Shown here: positions 60,078 to 63,332 of the stretch, in pieces
Layout of the letters: each line of letters begins with the position of its first letter
How positions within the stretch are numbered: the stretch's first letter is position 1
Source: Candidatus Woesearchaeota archaeon
Lineage (GTDB): Archaea > Nanobdellota > Nanobdellia > Woesearchaeales > JAGVZT01
Length of the DNA: 63,332 nt
Direction of reading: 5' to 3'
Assembly: GCA_043812815.1 (NCBI GenBank)
Contig: JBDRLT010000026.1
Location: 1 to 63,332 of the forward strand
Made by a program: the position numbers and the translations under genes
Notes under the pieces: model-generated
What the model was told of the DNA's origin: nothing
Seen by the model: the letters and a program-made list of their open reading frames with translations, nothing else
Database searches by the model: none

Positions 60078-60830
60078 CTATTTTATTGCAACCCTGCAAC
60101 CATAATCAATCCTATTTAGCAATATATTAACACCTTTATTCATAAGATATTCGTCAACTGCTTTTCTAGCCCCTTCCCAATGACCATAGTCATCAATAAT
60201 CAAGACACCTTTCTTTTCCAGTATTGGGAATAAATATTTCAACTCGTGTAATGTAGATTGATACCAGTCAGTGTCTAATCTTAGTAATGCAATATTTTGC
60301 GGTATGTTCAGAGGTATAGTATTTTCTACCCTACCTTTTACAAATACCAGATTCTCCCTTGGATATCCTGTTGAAAATAAGTTTCTCTTTACTTCTTCCA
60401 ATGGAGAAAAACACCAAGTATTGTAATTTCTCTTCTTTTCCTTTTTCCACCGATTAATAGCTTTTAAATTTCCATATATTAGTTTATCTTCCTGCGTTGG
60501 TTGAGCCATCCCTGTGTATGTATCATAAAGGAAAATCTTTCGATTTGTACTGCAGAGTTGTTGCAATGCTAATGCTATCACCATCGCGCTTCCGCCTTTC
60601 CAGACCCCGCATTCCACAAAATCCCCAGGTATTCCTGCTTTTTCAACATATTTCACAGATTCATACAGGGAATACATCCTCTCAATCGGTGTCATTGTTA
60701 AGTGCTTGCATTGGTCATAAATGTTTCTAAACTCCCTGTCCATATCCGGATGCAGCTTTGGGTGAATTGGCAAAATCTTGTAACCAAATAATTTCGCCAC
60801 ACTCTGAAAAAGACCGATTCTCAATGCCAT
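60078..60830 (-). CDS. TylF/MycF/NovP-family O-methyltransferase
   Basis: GDFVECGVWKGG, LRLDTDWYQST and IIDDYG motifs. Confidence 0.93.
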   Translation of the reverse strand: MALRIGLFQSVAKLFGYKILPIHPKLHPDMDREFRNIYDQCKHLTMTPIERMYSLYESVKYVEKAGIPGDFVECGVWKGGSAMVIALALQQLCSTNRKIFLYDTYTGMAQPTQEDKLIYGNLKAINRWKKEKKRNYNTWCFSPLEEVKRNLFSTGYPRENLVFVKGRVENTIPLNIPQNIALLRLDTDWYQSTLHELKYLFPILEKKGVLIIDDYGHWEGARKAVDEYLMNKGVNILLNRIDYGCRVAIK

Positions 60831-60868
60831 GTTTTACCGATGTCAACTGATACTAAATCAGTAGACGT

Positions 60869-63332
60869 TTAAATTTTTCTATTTCTGTGCAAGATACTAA
60901 CTGTAATAACAAAAATAAACATCATTCCAAGATAAATTAATTCTAGCCGAGCAATAAACATATTCTTAGGGTTATAGAGTTTACAAGTAGTATTAATCGG
61001 TGTATCCGACTTGATTATTGCAGCCGTTAGTACATTAAGGTATGTAAAGACATCCCCCGTAATATTTTGATTGTAGGATAGTGTCCATAAACCATCATTG
61101 ATCATTGGTGTTGGAAGAATACCTGTCCCAACTCCTTCAGCCCTGAAGTTATACTCAATGGGAAGCTTATTCTCATATTTTAATCCGATTTGTAAAATTT
61201 TAAGTTGATGAGTGGTGCCTCCTTTCTTTAATTCAATAAGGGGTGTTTCTGCTACAATATTTCTATACAAATGGATGCTGTCAATGCAAAGCTCCGAAAA
61301 ATTATCAGGAACACGACGCATACCTGAGTTCATTATCAGTTGAATATTCGATATACTAGAGAGATTAAAATTCAGGATCACTTTTCTATTCGATTTTATG
61401 GCAGGAATATCATACACGAATACTCTCTTTTTAAATTCGATATCTTCGATAAGTAAATGGGAATTCTTTAGATCTTTATTATTAATTGAGATAACTAAGG
61501 AATAATTACCTTCACCTAGTCGCATTTTGTTAAATCTAGTCCAGCTCCATTGGTTGCGATTGGTATTATCTTGAGGTACAATGCAGAAAGCGTTGTCAGT
61601 ATTAGCAATCCGATATTTGCTACTCGTTACACTAATAGACTTATTAATTTCCTCAAAACCAATGTACTCTTGTATTAACTGTTTGTATTTTGGGAAATAG
61701 ATTTTTTTACGGGTCAGATTACTATAGAATGATTCTTGAGGTTCTGGGGCCCCATCTAACTGTAGATACAAGTCATGATCTATGAAGATATTTTGTATTA
61801 TTGCCAGTTTTTTCCTGTAAATAACATCAGGCACCAACACTAAATTATTAAATGCATTAACACCTTTAACATTTTTGACAGTTATTCCATAACTGTTATC
61901 CCTAAGTTGGTAGTTCCCCAAATCTTGCCATTCATAGTAAGAGATTAATGAGTCGGATTCTGCATTTATTGTTTTATTAATCAGACCATTAATCATAATT
62001 TGGAAAGTACCTGCCGTTGGTGACCTTAACACCCGAATGAATAGCCTGTACTTTTTTTCAGAATCACTACTTGGATTGACAAATGTACCATTAACTGAGC
62101 CATCGCTACCCACAGTATAGATAAAAGCATTTGTAGAGCTATATGGAAATTGCCATCTATAATTAGGAAGATGAGGTAAGATATATAGATAAATCCCACC
62201 AATATTCTCATAAATATATCCAGGAACCCACTCTTTCTGATATTGTGTGTTTGAGAATTCAAAATTCTTACTTGTAATCACAATGCTCTCATTACCATGA
62301 ATTAATTCTGTAACTGCTAATTCTACATCACTTGTGTAATCAGAAAGTATAATATCATATGGGTACTTTTCAAATTTGGAAATGTCAGTTCCACTATCAC
62401 CAAAAATGGGAATCATTGTTGTAGTTTTATTCCACATTTCAAGCGATTTTCTAAAACTTTCCATTCCACCGAAATAATATACCAGTGAATAGTTCTGCGA
62501 CTCTGTGGTTTTCACTTGATAAAGAAACAGGCCTCCACTCTTACCCATAAGTGTAAATCTGTTAGATACATTTAATGTGGTTAGGATTTTCTCACTTTTG
62601 GAAATATCACTGATTTTTTCAGTATCCACAATAAAATATCTTACATTAAAAAGGGACAAGAAATAAGACAATTGCTCTAATTTTGCCTCTCTAAAGAACT
62701 CACCATAATTTGAGTCAAATATATAACGAACTAGAAACTGTTTGTTGGCTGCCTCAATACCATGGGTCATATAAATATTTGGCACTCCTCCCGCCCATTG
62801 ATGAACCGCAATAATATTGCCCATATCCGTTACATTTGTCAACAATGTGTGCATCAGACTTGAATAATCCAAGGAACGATTAGACATTTCAAATGTAACA
62901 CCCCCATAATTTGCTGGCCCATTCCCATTACTTAGCCAGGTCAAACCGCTGTAAAATGCCAAGAAGCCTGCCAATATCATAATAGCATATATCAATAGCT
63001 TAAGTTTGCAATTGTTTCTTACTTCATTTACAAGATTAGAAAAGAAAATTGTAAAAAAGGTCGGGATAAAAATAAGCAAGGCCAGGTTTACGAATCTTAG
63101 AGTTCTAAACATTAATAATACCTGCTGAAGGATTACACCCACCTTCATATTAATAGCTATCTTTAACCAATAGGGTACCCCCTCTGACGATAAGACGATA
63201 GCGGAAAATATGGCTATAAAGATTGAAGCAATGGTCAATAGATTTACTTTATTATAAGCCTCGTTTTTTGATTTAAACAACAATGCAGCGCAAATCAATA
63301 TTAAAATGGAAATAGAAAAGATTTGTGTGATA
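60869..63332 (-). CDS. Large membrane glycoprotein (GT-C/YfhO-like); 5' end lies beyond the window
   Basis: TM-rich N-terminal part, LSLFNVRYFIV, large N-x-S/T-rich extracellular region, C-terminal TM; visibly AT-rich. Confidence 0.65.
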   Translation of the reverse strand, partial: ITQIFSISILILICAALLFKSKNEAYNKVNLLTIASIFIAIFSAIVLSSEGVPYWLKIAINMKVGVILQQVLLMFRTLRFVNLALLIFIPTFFTIFFSNLVNEVRNNCKLKLLIYAIMILAGFLAFYSGLTWLSNGNGPANYGGVTFEMSNRSLDYSSLMHTLLTNVTDMGNIIAVHQWAGGVPNIYMTHGIEAANKQFLVRYIFDSNYGEFFREAKLEQLSYFLSLFNVRYFIVDTEKISDISKSEKILTTLNVSNRFTLMGKSGGLFLYQVKTTESQNYSLVYYFGGMESFRKSLEMWNKTTTMIPIFGDSGTDISKFEKYPYDIILSDYTSDVELAVTELIHGNESIVITSKNFEFSNTQYQKEWVPGYIYENIGGIYLYILPHLPNYRWQFPYSSTNAFIYTVGSDGSVNGTFVNPSSDSEKKYRLFIRVLRSPTAGTFQIMINGLINKTINAESDSLISYYEWQDLGNYQLRDNSYGITVKNVKGVNAFNNLVLVPDVIYRKKLAIIQNIFIDHDLYLQLDGAPEPQESFYSNLTRKKIYFPKYKQLIQEYIGFEEINKSISVTSSKYRIANTDNAFCIVPQDNTNRNQWSWTRFNKMRLGEGNYSLVISINNKDLKNSHLLIEDIEFKKRVFVYDIPAIKSNRKVILNFNLSSISNIQLIMNSGMRRVPDNFSELCIDSIHLYRNIVAETPLIELKKGGTTHQLKILQIGLKYENKLPIEYNFRAEGVGTGILPTPMINDGLWTLSYNQNITGDVFTYLNVLTAAIIKSDTPINTTCKLYNPKNMFIARLELIYLGMMFIFVITVSILHRNRKI

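Noticed and set aside
369-60080. Genome-wide TAG recoding (pyrrolysine or alternative code)
   Set aside because: TAG ends clearly complete genes (antiporter, tmk, lemA, HIT, tylF) and no conserved gene has an internal TAG

Overview
Gene-dense chromosomal segment of a DPANN archaeon, most likely Woesearchaeota/Nanoarchaeota-like. Supporting signs are a fused PriS-PriL primase, aIF2-gamma next to rpS6e, Lhr, PAC2, XerA, ScpA, class III signal-peptide pilins, BRE/TATA promoters and GAGGTG Shine-Dalgarno sites. Housekeeping and carbohydrate genes (MutS, PPDK, GH15, debranching enzyme, LemA, HtpX, HEPN-MNT modules, surface/glycosylation genes) are interleaved with about ten stand-alone orphan or degenerate genes. 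Highlights: (1) an operon of deoxynucleoside kinase, a fusion of an MtrA-like corrinoid-binding domain to a thymidylate-synthase domain with an altered RSxD motif, and a second dTMP kinase, which is a candidate cobamide-linked thymidylate or modified-pyrimidine pathway; (2) a palindromic dif-like site, 27/34 identical to loxP, near xerA, between two orphan genes and flanked by AT-rich tracts with degenerate dif-like repeats; (3) a tRNA-Ala(CGC) with a 72-nt structured intron in the T-loop; (4) a tandem degenerate DAC-domain protein; (5) a coupled three-gene operon with an EndoIV-like TIM barrel carrying a large insertion; (6) several genes broken by in-frame stops and many gene remnants. All family calls come from motif recognition by eye; no searches were run.
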